A DNA stretch of 64,000 nucleotides from an uncultured Clostridia bacterium. GTDB lineage: Bacteria; Bacillota; Clostridia; TANB77; CAG-508. Below the pieces are notes generated by a model. That model ran no database searches and was not told where the DNA came from. It was given only the letters and a program-made list of their open reading frames with translations. The stretch lies in NCBI GenBank assembly GCA_944390365.1, contig CALXPW010000005.1, forward strand, positions 928-64,927, given 5' to 3'. Positions within the stretch are counted from its first letter, which is position 1. Each line of letters opens with the position of its first letter. Position numbers and translations under genes: made by a program. Shown here piece after piece: positions 38,020-47,534 of the stretch.

Positions 38020-38538
38020 ATGAGAATAGCAATTATTTATTCAAGCAAAACTGGAAACACAAAGATGATAGCAGAGTGGATAAAGGAAAATTTACAAAAA
38101 GAGGATATTGTTTATTTTGGAAATCCTACTGAAGAATTACCTAATGCTGACATTTATATTATTGGCTCTTGGACAGACAAAGGAAACGCAACAAACGATA
38201 TTGTAGAAGCTCTTAAAAAGATAAAAAATAAAAAAATTGCATATTTTGGAACAGCAGGTTTTGGAGGAAGCGAAGAGTACTATAAAAAATTGTTTGAAAG
38301 AGTAAAAGTTAATATTGATTCTTCTAATGAAATATTGGGATATTTTTATTGTCAAGGAAAAATGCCTATGCAAGTGAAAGAAAGATATGAGCAGATGATT
38401 ATTCAAAATCCAGAAGATGCTCATTTAAAGGTAGCGATAGAAAACTTTGATGAAGCTTCAATACATCCGGATGAAGAAGACAAAAATAATGTGAAAACGT
38501 GGGTGGAATGCAATATATTGAACAAAAGTCTATTATGA
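38020..38538 (+). CDS. Flavodoxin-family protein
   Basis: 'IAIIYSSKTGNTKMIAEWI' FMN phosphate-binding loop. Confidence 0.75.
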   Translation: MRIAIIYSSKTGNTKMIAEWIKENLQKEDIVYFGNPTEELPNADIYIIGSWTDKGNATNDIVEALKKIKNKKIAYFGTAGFGGSEEYYKKLFERVKVNIDSSNEILGYFYCQGKMPMQVKERYEQMIIQNPEDAHLKVAIENFDEASIHPDEEDKNNVKTWVECNILNKSLL

Positions 38539-38604
38539 CAGATGAACTAAGACATGCAAGCAAATATAATTTTTTAATTCACAATGCAAAATAAGATAAT
38601 TATG

Positions 38605-38638
38605 AAAGTAGGAACTCACTTGAAAGCTTCCTACTTTT
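38605..38638 (+). terminator. Rho-independent terminator (or leader attenuator of the ATPase gene)
   Basis: AAAGTAGGAA / TTCCTACTTT stem followed by a T tract, 34 nt before the mgtA start. Confidence 0.6.
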
Positions 38639-38671
38639 GTGCTAATATAAAAACCAAGGAGAAAAAGAAAT

Positions 38672-41293
38672 ATGATTAGATTATTTTATATTAAAAATAG
38701 ATTAAAAAATAAAAAACTAATAAATGAAAATGATGATAAAATTTTAGGTAAATATAAAGAAATATCAAAATTGTCAAAACAAGATATAATAAAAAAATTA
38801 AGCTCAAATGAAGAAAAAGGTCTTACTTCAAAAGAAGCAAAAAATAGATTAGAAGAAAACGGAGAAAACATAGTAGTAAAAGAAAAAAGGCATTCATGGC
38901 CATATTTCTTTCTAAATTCTTTTAAAGATAAATTCATACTTATTTTAGTAATATTAGCAATTATAAATGATTTAGTGTCAGATGATAGTATTGGAACAAT
39001 AATAATTTTAGCAATAGGATTTGTAAGCGCAATGATAAAATTCGCCCAAAACTATTCTACCTACAAATTTAACCAATCTTTAAAAAACAAAATGTTTTCA
39101 ACTGCAACAGTATTAAGAGATGGAAAAGAAAAGACTATAAGAGTAGAAAATGTTGTAAAAGGAGATATCATACATCTAAATGCAGGAGCAATAATACCAG
39201 CTGATGTAATGATAATAGAAAATAAAGATCTATTTTTAAATCAATCAGTATTTACAGGTGAGAGTATTCCAGTAGAAAAGACAATAGAGAGTAATAACGC
39301 AAATGAAATTTTTTCCATTTCTAATATAGGCTTGATGGGAACAAGTGTTATAAGTGGAAACGCAACAGCAATTGTAATAGAAACTGGTTTTTCTACATAT
39401 CTAGGAGGAATGGGAAAACAGATAAATTCAAAAAGAGAATTAACCAATTTTGAAAAAGGAATGAATAATATAACCAAATTGCTTATTAGATACATGGTTA
39501 TAGTTTCCATAGCAGTATTTGTAATTTATGCATTTATTCGTAAAGATGTATTAGAAGCAATTTTGTTTGCATTATCTGTTGCAGTAGGAATTACTCCAAC
39601 AATGCTACCAATGATTGTAAATGTTAACTTGACAAAAGGTACCAAATCTCTTGCTAAGAAAAAAACACTAGTAAAAAATATTCAATCCATTCAAAATTTA
39701 GGAGCAATAGATGTACTATGCACCGATAAAACAGGAACACTTACATTGGACAAAATAGTATTGCAAAAGTATATAAATGTAGAAGGAAAAGAAGATTTAT
39801 CAATTTTAGAATATGCATATATCAATAGCTATTATGGTACTGGAATGAAAAATCTAGTAGATAGGGCTGTTATAACTTTTGGTAATGAGCATGATATAAA
39901 ATCCAAAATAGAGACCTATGAAAAAATAGATGAAATACCTTTTGATTATACAAGAAAGAAAATGAGTGTAGTTGTAAAACATAATGAACATTATAGAATG
40001 ATAACAAAAGGAGCACTTGAAGAAATACTAAAAGGTTGCACAGAAGTAAAGATAAATGGAGAGCATAAACCACTTACTAGTGAACTTATAGAAAATATAA
40101 ATAAAAATGCTATGGAACTAGAAAAACAAGGAATGCAAGTTATTGCTCTATCCTCAAAACGTGGTGATGAAGCCATTACAGATGAAAGTAGTATGGCATT
40201 TATAGGATTTGTAGCATTTTTAGATCCACCTAAAAAAGAGGTTAAAGCAACCATAAAGAAACTTAAAAATTATGGAATTACTACCAAAATATTAACAGGA
40301 GATAATGCTTATACCACAGAAAATATATGTAATCTAGTTGGAATACCTAATAATAAGGTTTTATTAGGTAGTGAAATAGATAAAATGTCTGAAGAAGAGC
40401 TATTAAAACAAGTTGAAGAAGTAAATGTTTTTGCTAGAATGAACCCATTGCAGAAAGAAAAGATAATTACAATGTTAAAGAAAAATGGCCATGTAGTAGG
40501 GTATATGGGAGATGGTGTAAATGATGCTCCTTCATTACATAATGCCGATGTAGGAATTTGTGTTGATTCTGCTACAGATATTGCTAAAGAAGCAAGTGAT
40601 ATAATACTTTTAGAAAAAAGTTTGAATGTAATATATGATGGAGTTATAGAGGGAAGAAAGGTATATGGAAATATTATTAAATATATGAAAATGGCACTAA
40701 GTTCAGACTTTGGAGATGTATTCAGTATATTTATTGCAAGCATTTTCTTACCATTTTTACCATTATTACCAATTCAAATGCTAATACAAGACTTTTTATA
40801 TGACTTTTCTCAAATAGCAATTCCGTATGATAATGTAGATGCTGAATTCCTTGCTAAGCCTAGAAAATGGGATACAAAAGGATTAGGAACATTTATGAAT
40901 GTTATGGGACCTATAAGCTCAATAATAGATGTGCTTGCATTTTTAGCATTTTGGTTTATATTAGGATATAATTCTGTTGATATGCAGTCATATTTCCAAA
41001 CAGCATGGTTCGTAGAGTGTTTAATTAGTGAAACTTTAATAATATATTTTGTACGTACGGCGAAAATACCGTTTATACAGTCTAAACCAAATTCAAAATT
41101 AGTTTGTCTCACAATTGTTACAATAGTAGGAACAATATTAGCTCCTATATTATTGCACAATATATCAGCATTTAATTTTGAGATATTACCACCTATATAT
41201 TATTTAATTGTTATTATTCTAAGTATGCTATATGTTATTTTAGTACAAATAGTTAAAAAGATTTACATAAAGAAAGTAGGAGAGTGGCTATAG
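38672..41293 (+). CDS. mgtA: Magnesium-translocating P-type ATPase
   Basis: 'CTDKTGTLT', 'TGDN', 'MGDGVNDAPSL', N-terminal 'GLTS.EA..RL...G.N'. 873 aa. Confidence 0.85.
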   Translation: MIRLFYIKNRLKNKKLINENDDKILGKYKEISKLSKQDIIKKLSSNEEKGLTSKEAKNRLEENGENIVVKEKRHSWPYFFLNSFKDKFILILVILAIINDLVSDDSIGTIIILAIGFVSAMIKFAQNYSTYKFNQSLKNKMFSTATVLRDGKEKTIRVENVVKGDIIHLNAGAIIPADVMIIENKDLFLNQSVFTGESIPVEKTIESNNANEIFSISNIGLMGTSVISGNATAIVIETGFSTYLGGMGKQINSKRELTNFEKGMNNITKLLIRYMVIVSIAVFVIYAFIRKDVLEAILFALSVAVGITPTMLPMIVNVNLTKGTKSLAKKKTLVKNIQSIQNLGAIDVLCTDKTGTLTLDKIVLQKYINVEGKEDLSILEYAYINSYYGTGMKNLVDRAVITFGNEHDIKSKIETYEKIDEIPFDYTRKKMSVVVKHNEHYRMITKGALEEILKGCTEVKINGEHKPLTSELIENINKNAMELEKQGMQVIALSSKRGDEAITDESSMAFIGFVAFLDPPKKEVKATIKKLKNYGITTKILTGDNAYTTENICNLVGIPNNKVLLGSEIDKMSEEELLKQVEEVNVFARMNPLQKEKIITMLKKNGHVVGYMGDGVNDAPSLHNADVGICVDSATDIAKEASDIILLEKSLNVIYDGVIEGRKVYGNIIKYMKMALSSDFGDVFSIFIASIFLPFLPLLPIQMLIQDFLYDFSQIAIPYDNVDAEFLAKPRKWDTKGLGTFMNVMGPISSIIDVLAFLAFWFILGYNSVDMQSYFQTAWFVECLISETLIIYFVRTAKIPFIQSKPNSKLVCLTIVTIVGTILAPILLHNISAFNFEILPPIYYLIVIILSMLYVILVQIVKKIYIKKVGEWL

Positions 41294-41397
41294 GATTTAA
41301 AAAGAATATTTTTATTCTTTACAATAATTTTTGTAAAATACCAACAAAAGCACATAAAAATGTGTCTAAATAATAAGAAAGGGAAAAGGTGATAAAA

Positions 41398-42271
41398 ATG
41401 AAAAAAGGAATAAAGATATTACTTATTATAATTGGAATAGCAATAGTTTTAGGACTAATATTTTTTGCAGTTAATTACAATAGAGTTCATAATTCAGAAG
41501 AATTAAAATCTGCTGAAAATGATAATATGAAGGCAACCATAAAGGCAGTAGTTGTAAAAGTAAATGAGAACAATATATTGGCTATGGGGATAGAAAACGG
41601 AACAGAATTATATAGTATTGGAATAAAAAATATTGAAAATGTTGAATTTAAAAAAGGACAAGAAATTTTAATATATTTTAATGGAGATGTAATGGATACT
41701 TATCCTGCACAACTTGGTAATATTGGAAAAATTGAAATTTTAAAGGAACAAAGTGAGATACAAATACCGGATGACATATTAAGATTTTGTTATAATTCAA
41801 AGGATAATGTAACCATTACTATATCTGAATTATCGAATAGCGGTATAACACTAAATATAGTAGACAAAAATGAGTTACCATATAATTATGCACATAGTTA
41901 TATAATTAATAAAAAAGTAAAAAATGAAAATTATACTGGTGTCGGAGAGCAAATAGGAGAAAATACGAAGAATTCTACTGCTGGATATACTGGAACAGGA
42001 GCAGAATATGTATGGAAAGAATTAGATAAAATTTCTGATATTTCAAGTGAAAGCACAGAAGAAACTTTAACATATAATTTACCCTATATAAAAGAAGGAG
42101 AAGACTATTATTTGATAGATGGAAGAAAATTCAATTGGACTAAATTATATGGAACATTAGGTGAGCGGTGAATATGAATTTGTTTTATCAGATAATGATT
42201 CTCTTACTGTAAGAGTAACATTTACAATAAGCAAAGACGGAAAATTGACATATGATTCACCAACTTTTTAA
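41398..42271 (+). pseudogene. Paralog of 2254..3528, C-terminus displaced by an apparent +1 frameshift at about 42166
   Basis: 'LYGTLGE' stops at 42169..42171. The +1 frame continues 'GEYEFVLSDNDSLTVRVTFTISKDGKLTYDSPTF*' to 42271, colinear with 'DGKYRLIFSGKGSFPILIEFSVNNGE' of the paralog. Confidence 0.7.
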
Positions 42272-42303
42272 TAATATTAAAGTTAAACAAAAATAGTAAT
42301 TTC

Positions 42304-42340
42304 AATGAGAGTAGTTATATTGATAATTACTCTCATTTTT
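42304..42340 (+). terminator. Rho-independent terminator
   Basis: AATGAGAGTA / TACTCTCATT stem followed by T tract. Confidence 0.7.
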
Positions 42341-42378
42341 GCTATTATAATGCTATATAAAACCTTTATTTGTATAAT

Positions 42379-42423
42379 TCTACTAATAGTAGAGAACGAA
42401 AATATATAACTCTACTAATAGTA
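42379..42423 (+). promoter_or_regulatory. Two copies of TCTACTAATAGTA (contains dyad CTACTA-a-TAGTAG) upstream of the XRE gene
   Basis: 13-nt direct repeat at 42379..42391 and 42411..42423, i.e. three helical turns apart. Confidence 0.45.
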
Positions 42424-42486
42424 ACTTCAACTTATTAAAATTTTTGGGTATATTACAATTAAATTATAATTGAAGGAGAACAAAAT

Positions 42487-43251
42487 ATGAATCAAGAAAA
42501 AATAGGAAAATTTATTGCCCAATGCAGAAAAGAAAAAAATCTTACGCAGATACAATTAGCAGAAAAATTGAATATATCTGATAAGGCTGTTTCTAAATGG
42601 GAAACAGGTAGAGGAATGCCAGATTCTTCTATTATGCTACAACTATGTAATTATTTAGAAATTAATGTAAATGAATTATTAAGTGGAGAACATTTAAAAG
42701 ATACACAATATGAAGAAAAAGCTAATGAAAACATTATAAATATTGTAAAAGAAGCTGATAGAAGCAAAAAAACTAAAAATATGATAATAATTGTACTTGC
42801 TATTTTATTATTTGTTTTTTTAATGATTAAAATTTCTATTGCTATTTATAATAACATTGAAATAAGTCTTGATTATGATGATAGTCTAATAAAATGTAAA
42901 ATTGAAAATGATAATATTATTTGTACTTTTAATGGCTCTAGTTTAGTTAGCTTATCCTCTGAAGCAATTAATACTGATACAGAAACACTAATTTTTATAA
43001 CAGGCAAAATGTTATTACAAAATAAAATCCGTAGCCATTTTGAAACTTGGCATTCTATGGCGCAATTAAATAATGGTGAAAGTCCTACTTTTAATTCACA
43101 AATAATAATTGATAAGAACAAAAATATAGAAAATTGTAAAGATAAAATTAAAGTTTATTACACTACTGAATCATTTACCAAAATAAAAAAAGCTACCAAA
43201 GAAGAATTACAAAAAATAGTAGAAGAATCTCATTTGATGAACGAAAATTAA
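42487..43251 (+). CDS. XRE-family HTH regulator with a transmembrane segment and extracytoplasmic C-terminal domain
   Basis: 'IGKFIAQCRKEKNLTQIQLAEKLNISDKAVSKWETGRGMPD' followed by the TM 'IIIVLAILLFVFLMI'. Confidence 0.8.
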   Translation: MNQEKIGKFIAQCRKEKNLTQIQLAEKLNISDKAVSKWETGRGMPDSSIMLQLCNYLEINVNELLSGEHLKDTQYEEKANENIINIVKEADRSKKTKNMIIIVLAILLFVFLMIKISIAIYNNIEISLDYDDSLIKCKIENDNIICTFNGSSLVSLSSEAINTDTETLIFITGKMLLQNKIRSHFETWHSMAQLNNGESPTFNSQIIIDKNKNIENCKDKIKVYYTTESFTKIKKATKEELQKIVEESHLMNEN

Positions 43252-43333
43252 AAAAGTTTGTATTAAATATGTAGTTTTATATGAATTATCAATTTAGTGA
43301 TTATTAGAAAAATATTAATCATAAGGGGAATGT

Positions 43334-44032
43334 TTGAATATGAAAAAAATAATGAATGTAATAGTTATGGGGTTATGTATTATATTTATAGGATTTGTAA
43401 TGATATTTAGTATGTTGCCTAATACTGTATTAAATGTGTCAGTAACAATAGGTGGATTTGCAATACCAATTGTTATAATAATAATTACAATGATAATTGA
43501 AATAAAGAAAACAAAAGATTCACAAGAAAAGAGTAAAATAAGAGAATTTTGGTTAAGAATATTATTTATTATATATTGTATATTACTAATCACAATTTTA
43601 TTTTTGAATAATGAATATAGGATGTATGATTTTCATGGTATAAATATAAATACATTTTCAAGAGAACATTTTGAAACAATTAATATTATCCCATTTTCTA
43701 CTATAATAGGCTATATCTATGGATTGCTATTTAAGGATGTTAGTACGAGTATAGTAATAATTAATTTAGTTACTAATTTACTTTTGTTTTCACCAATGGG
43801 ATTTTTTATTCCTTTACTATTTAAAAATAGAATAACAAATATAAAACAATTTATAATATTAATTATTATACTTTCATTATTTGTTGAAATATTACAATTT
43901 ATAACTTATAGAGGCTCAACTGATATTGATGATATTATATTAAATACAATGGGTGCAATTATTGTATATGCATTAATGAAAACAAAATTAGTAAAGAAAA
44001 TATTAAAAAAAGCACTTGATATATCGGAATAA
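43334..44032 (+). CDS. VanZ family membrane protein
   Basis: Polytopic. 'NIIPFSTI' and 'RGSTDIDDIILNTMGAIIVY'. Confidence 0.7.
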   Translation: MNMKKIMNVIVMGLCIIFIGFVMIFSMLPNTVLNVSVTIGGFAIPIVIIIITMIIEIKKTKDSQEKSKIREFWLRILFIIYCILLITILFLNNEYRMYDFHGININTFSREHFETINIIPFSTIIGYIYGLLFKDVSTSIVIINLVTNLLLFSPMGFFIPLLFKNRITNIKQFIILIIILSLFVEILQFITYRGSTDIDDIILNTMGAIIVYALMKTKLVKKILKKALDISE

Positions 44033-44034
44033 CA

Positions 44035-44130
44035 AATTACATGTTTTAGATTAGTTTGAAATACAACTAATCTTTTTTTAGGTTTACAAAACATTTTGCT
44101 CGTAGTATAATTACCCTGGTAATAAAAATG
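44035..44130 (+). repeat. ~95-nt terminator + promoter + leader module, copy 1 (copy 2 at 47440..47534)
   Basis: Hairpin AGATTAGTT/AACTAATCT plus T7 (44048..44079). TTTACA-17-TATAAT (44083..44111). Ends at an ATG. ~88% identical to copy 2. Confidence 0.85.
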
Positions 44131-44533
44131 AAATGATGCCATCGGAGAATTTGTAAATAAAGTAAAAGAAGAGTATATAAATATTTTAAAAGACATAGCT
44201 AATAAATGCTTTGAAAAACAATATTTTATATTTAGCCAATCAAATAGAATAACAAAAAGAATAAAAGAAAAATATGACGTTATTCCAGAATTTCTTTGGG
44301 ACAAGTTTCCAAACTATGGTGTATTTAGAAATCCTAGAAGTGATAAATGGTTTGGAATTATTATGAATGTGGATAAAAGTAAGATTGTTTCCAATGAAGA
44401 GGGTGAAATAGAAATATTAAATGTAAAACTAGATGATGATGTGCCAAAATATGTAAAAGAAAGAGGCATTTATCCTTCATACCATTTAAGTAAAATTACA
44501 AGTAAACTAAGGAAGGAGCTAAATAAAGAATGA
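44128..44533 (+). pseudogene. Degenerate MmcQ/YjbR-family gene (start displaced by a +1 shift; C-terminus truncated)
   Basis: The frame open from 44132 encodes 'FLWDKFPNYGVFRNPRSDKWFGIIMNV...ILNVKLD...GIYPSYHLSK', typical of YjbR/MmcQ. The only start (ATG 44128, homologous to the start in copy 2) is in the -1 frame and hits TGA after 2 codons. Confidence 0.5.
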
Positions 44534-44592
44534 TAAAAGAATTGCTTACCAGATTAAATAACCAAATTTTTAGTTAGGATAAGGAGGCAAAA

Positions 44593-45960
44593 ATGAAAAA
44601 AATATCAAAATCAAGTAAGATATTAATTAGCATATTATTGGTAATATGCATAATTGCAATAGTATTCATTGTGAAAAGAATAAATGAACAAAATTCTAAT
44701 TTGGATGGAAATGTAAATTCTAATAATGCTTCAATTTTTGAATCAGGAAATAATTTGAATAATATTATGAATACCATTGAAAATAATACAGTAAATAACA
44801 CAGAAACTAATACAATCACTAATACAGAAAATATTATAGAAACTAATGTAACTAATACAATTATAACAAATACAGAAACTGTTACCGAAAATACTACTGA
44901 TAACAACAAAACAGATACAATAGAAAATGTTTCGAATGAATTATTTTCACAATATTATAAAAAAGCAGAAAATATAATGAAAGATATGTCACTAGAGGAA
45001 AAAGTTGGACAAATGTTTCTAGTAAGATACCCAGATAGTGGTGTAATAAATCAAATAAAAAAAGAAGCACCGGGAGGATATATATTATTTGGAAAAGACT
45101 TTGATAATGAAACGAAAACAAGTATATTAAACGAGCTAACAAAAAATCAACAAGCTAGCAAAATAGGACTTATTTTTGGGGTTGACGAAGAAGGAGGAAC
45201 CGTTGTAAGAGTAAGTTACCATAAAGCATTTAGAAGCTCAAAATTTAAATCACCACAAGAATTATGGAAACAAGGTCAATTACCTGCAATATTAAAAGAT
45301 TCAAGAGAAAAATCATCATTATTAAAAAGTATAGGATTAAATATGAATTTAGCACCAGTTGTAGATGTTCCTTCAAAAACAAGTGCATTTATGTATGATA
45401 GGTCATATGGAAGAGAAGCACAAAACACAGCTACATATACATCTGAATTAATACAAACAATGAATAATGATAATATGATTTCTGTAATGAAACATTTTCC
45501 GGGGTACGGCGATAATGGAGATACACATACTGGAGTTGTAATTGATGAAAGACCATATTCAACATTTGAAACATCAGATTTTCTACCATTTGAAAGTGGT
45601 ATAAAAGCAGGAGGACCATGTATATTAGTAAGTCATAATATAGTGAAATCAATGGATAAAAATTATCCAGCATCACTATCTAAAAATGTTCATAATATTT
45701 TAAGAGAAAATTTGAATTTTTCTGGAGTAATAATGACAGATGATTTAGCTATGGATGCAGTAAAGGCATATGTTGAAAATGGAGAAGCAGCAGTTCAAGC
45801 AGTACTTGCTGGAAATGATATGATAATTTCATCAGATTTTGTAAATCAAAAACAAGAAGTTTTAAAAGCTGTGAAAAATAAAAAAATAAGCGAAGATCTC
45901 ATAAATAAGGCAGTTAGAAGAATACTTGCAATGAAAATTGCTTATGGAATAATAAAATGA
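44593..45960 (+). CDS. Membrane-anchored glycoside hydrolase family 3 (NagZ-like beta-N-acetylhexosaminidase)
   Basis: 'KVGQMFLVRYP', 'GVDEEGG.V.R', 'GLNMNLAPVVDV', 'KHFPGYG'. N/T-rich low-complexity linker after the TM. Confidence 0.8.
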   Translation: MKKISKSSKILISILLVICIIAIVFIVKRINEQNSNLDGNVNSNNASIFESGNNLNNIMNTIENNTVNNTETNTITNTENIIETNVTNTIITNTETVTENTTDNNKTDTIENVSNELFSQYYKKAENIMKDMSLEEKVGQMFLVRYPDSGVINQIKKEAPGGYILFGKDFDNETKTSILNELTKNQQASKIGLIFGVDEEGGTVVRVSYHKAFRSSKFKSPQELWKQGQLPAILKDSREKSSLLKSIGLNMNLAPVVDVPSKTSAFMYDRSYGREAQNTATYTSELIQTMNNDNMISVMKHFPGYGDNGDTHTGVVIDERPYSTFETSDFLPFESGIKAGGPCILVSHNIVKSMDKNYPASLSKNVHNILRENLNFSGVIMTDDLAMDAVKAYVENGEAAVQAVLAGNDMIISSDFVNQKQEVLKAVKNKKISEDLINKAVRRILAMKIAYGIIK

Positions 45961-45990
45961 AAATAGTAATTTATGTGGTGGCTAGAAAGA

Positions 45991-46021
45991 ATAAGAATTG
46001 AAGTTAATTTTCAATTCTTAT
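45991..46021. terminator. Bidirectional terminator hairpin between convergent genes
   Basis: ATAAGAATTGAA / TTCAATTCTTAT 12-nt stem. Confidence 0.6.
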
Positions 46022-46532
46022 TTTTATATTCACTCATAATAATTTTAACCATTTCTTCAGGGCTTTCTTTGCAATTATTCTTTAACCATTTTTTTATAAT
46101 AGCATTTAGTCCTGCTCTGAAAAATTCTATATGATAATCAATATATTCATTATCATAAAAATTTTTTGCCATTTCTGTATTATATTGTGTTATAGGAGTA
46201 ATAGAAATATCTTCTAATTTAAAATATGTTTTAAAGAATATTTGGTTTTCACTAATATATTTGAACATATTTAGATAGCCAGCAGAATCTTGCTTGGAAT
46301 TATTAGAAAATTGAAATTCTGCAAAATCTTCTGACATTTTAGTTTTTACTTTTTCTACTAAATCATAAATATCAATATAATTTGCATAAAAAGTAGAACG
46401 ATTTAATTTAGCAATTTTACAAATTGTAGATACAGATATTTCAGATATATTTTTCTTTTGAATTAATTGCAAAAAAGTCTTTTCTATTTTTTCTTGTGAA
46501 TCTCTTTTCCTTTTATTATTAGTTGTATTCAT
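46011..46532 (-). CDS. TetR/AcrR family transcriptional regulator
   Basis: 'ISEISVSTICKIAKLNRSTFYANY' HTH. Second ATG preferred. Confidence 0.8.
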   Translation of the reverse strand: MNTTNNKRKRDSQEKIEKTFLQLIQKKNISEISVSTICKIAKLNRSTFYANYIDIYDLVEKVKTKMSEDFAEFQFSNNSKQDSAGYLNMFKYISENQIFFKTYFKLEDISITPITQYNTEMAKNFYDNEYIDYHIEFFRAGLNAIIKKWLKNNCKESPEEMVKIIMSEYKNKN

Positions 46533-46685
46533 AAATAAAATCATTCCTTTCTTGCCTTCGCTTTCGCTTCGTCTGCGAAAGGCACAAATATATTCTCCTT
46601 AATTTAACAATAATCATTATTCCGACAAATATTAAAAATTGATGATTGATTTTCATTATTGAAGATATTATACTATATTTAATAA

Positions 46686-46705
46686 AAAACAACAAGTGTT
46701 GTTTT
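46686..46705 (+). promoter_or_regulatory. Perfect dyad AAAACAACA-ag-TGTTGTTTT (candidate TetR operator)
   Basis: 9-nt arms immediately upstream of the RBS of the gene at 46725, in the divergent TetR intergenic region. Confidence 0.4.
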
Positions 46706-46724
46706 AAAGAAAGGAGTGAAAAGT

Positions 46725-46955
46725 ATGGGAAAATTAAAAGAAACAAACAAAAAAATTGAGAAGGCAGTAGTTGGAGGCTATAAAAAAATAGAGAAAACTG
46801 TTGTGGGTGGCTATAAAAAAATAGAAGATAAGTTTGTTGACAATTTTTTAAGAAAAGATAACGAAACTATTGAAGAAGCAAAAGAGAGAATAAAAGAAGA
46901 GCAAGAAGAACTAAAAAGAAAAAATGAAGAAATAGTAAAAAATGGAGGAAAATAG
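46725..46955 (+). CDS. Small charged protein with internal 'VVGGYKKIE' repeats
   Basis: 76 aa, RBS AAAGGAG. 'KKIEKAVVGGYKKIEKTVVGGYKKIEDKFV'. Confidence 0.5.
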   Translation: MGKLKETNKKIEKAVVGGYKKIEKTVVGGYKKIEDKFVDNFLRKDNETIEEAKERIKEEQEELKRKNEEIVKNGGK

Positions 46956-46956
46956 T

Positions 46957-47346
46957 ATGAAAAAGGAAACTCTTTTAGAAATAATATTAGGAACAATAGG
47001 AGGACTTGTATTTGCAGTAGGAATGTGTATGTGTTTAATTCCAGAATGGAATCTATTTAAAGTAGGAGTAATTGTTGCTATCATTGGTTTCATTATATTA
47101 CTTGGAATTATACCAGTATATAAAAACTCTCATCCTAAAAAAGAACATACACCGGTAAATTGGGGAATCGTTGCCACTTGGATTATTGGAATTGTTGGGG
47201 CATTAGTTATGGGATTTGGAATGAGTAAAATAATGGTAGGAAGTGCAACACAAGTAGACTTTATTGTAGGTCTTATAACAGGTGTAATTGGTTTGCTTAT
47301 ATGTGTTTTAAATTACCCAATATATGCTTATATAACAAGAAAGTAA
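46957..47346 (+). CDS. Small polytopic membrane protein
   Basis: 129 aa, 4 hydrophobic segments, ATG 1 nt after the upstream stop, RBS GGAGG. Confidence 0.55.
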   Translation: MKKETLLEIILGTIGGLVFAVGMCMCLIPEWNLFKVGVIVAIIGFIILLGIIPVYKNSHPKKEHTPVNWGIVATWIIGIVGALVMGFGMSKIMVGSATQVDFIVGLITGVIGLLICVLNYPIYAYITRK

Positions 47347-47439
47347 AGAGCATCTATAAGAAAAAATCAAATATAATATGTATGTGGCAATAGGAATAGC
47401 AACACTTGCATTTTATAATATAACAATGGCTATTATTGG

Positions 47440-47534
47440 AATTACAAGTTTTAGATTAGTTTGAAATACAACTAATCTTTTTTAGGTTTACAAAACATTT
47501 CGCAGATAGTATAATTAACTTGGTGATAAAAATG
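47440..47534 (+). repeat. Terminator + promoter + leader module, copy 2
   Basis: Same hairpin, TTTACA (47487..47492) -17- TATAAT (47510..47515). Ends at the esterase start codon. Confidence 0.85.

Noticed and set aside
38539-38671. Possible M-box (Mg2+) riboswitch upstream of the mgtA-type ATPase.
   Set aside because: The spacer is only 133 nt and shows a single terminator-like hairpin. I could not find the conserved M-box core strings, though a covariance-model search would settle it.
47378-47464. Small hydrophobic ORFs before the repeated terminator hairpins (28 aa at 47378..47464; ~47 aa at about 53990..54135).
   Set aside because: They have no RBS and no similarity between the two. They are more likely remnants or chance ORFs, and are kept only as context for the repeat module.
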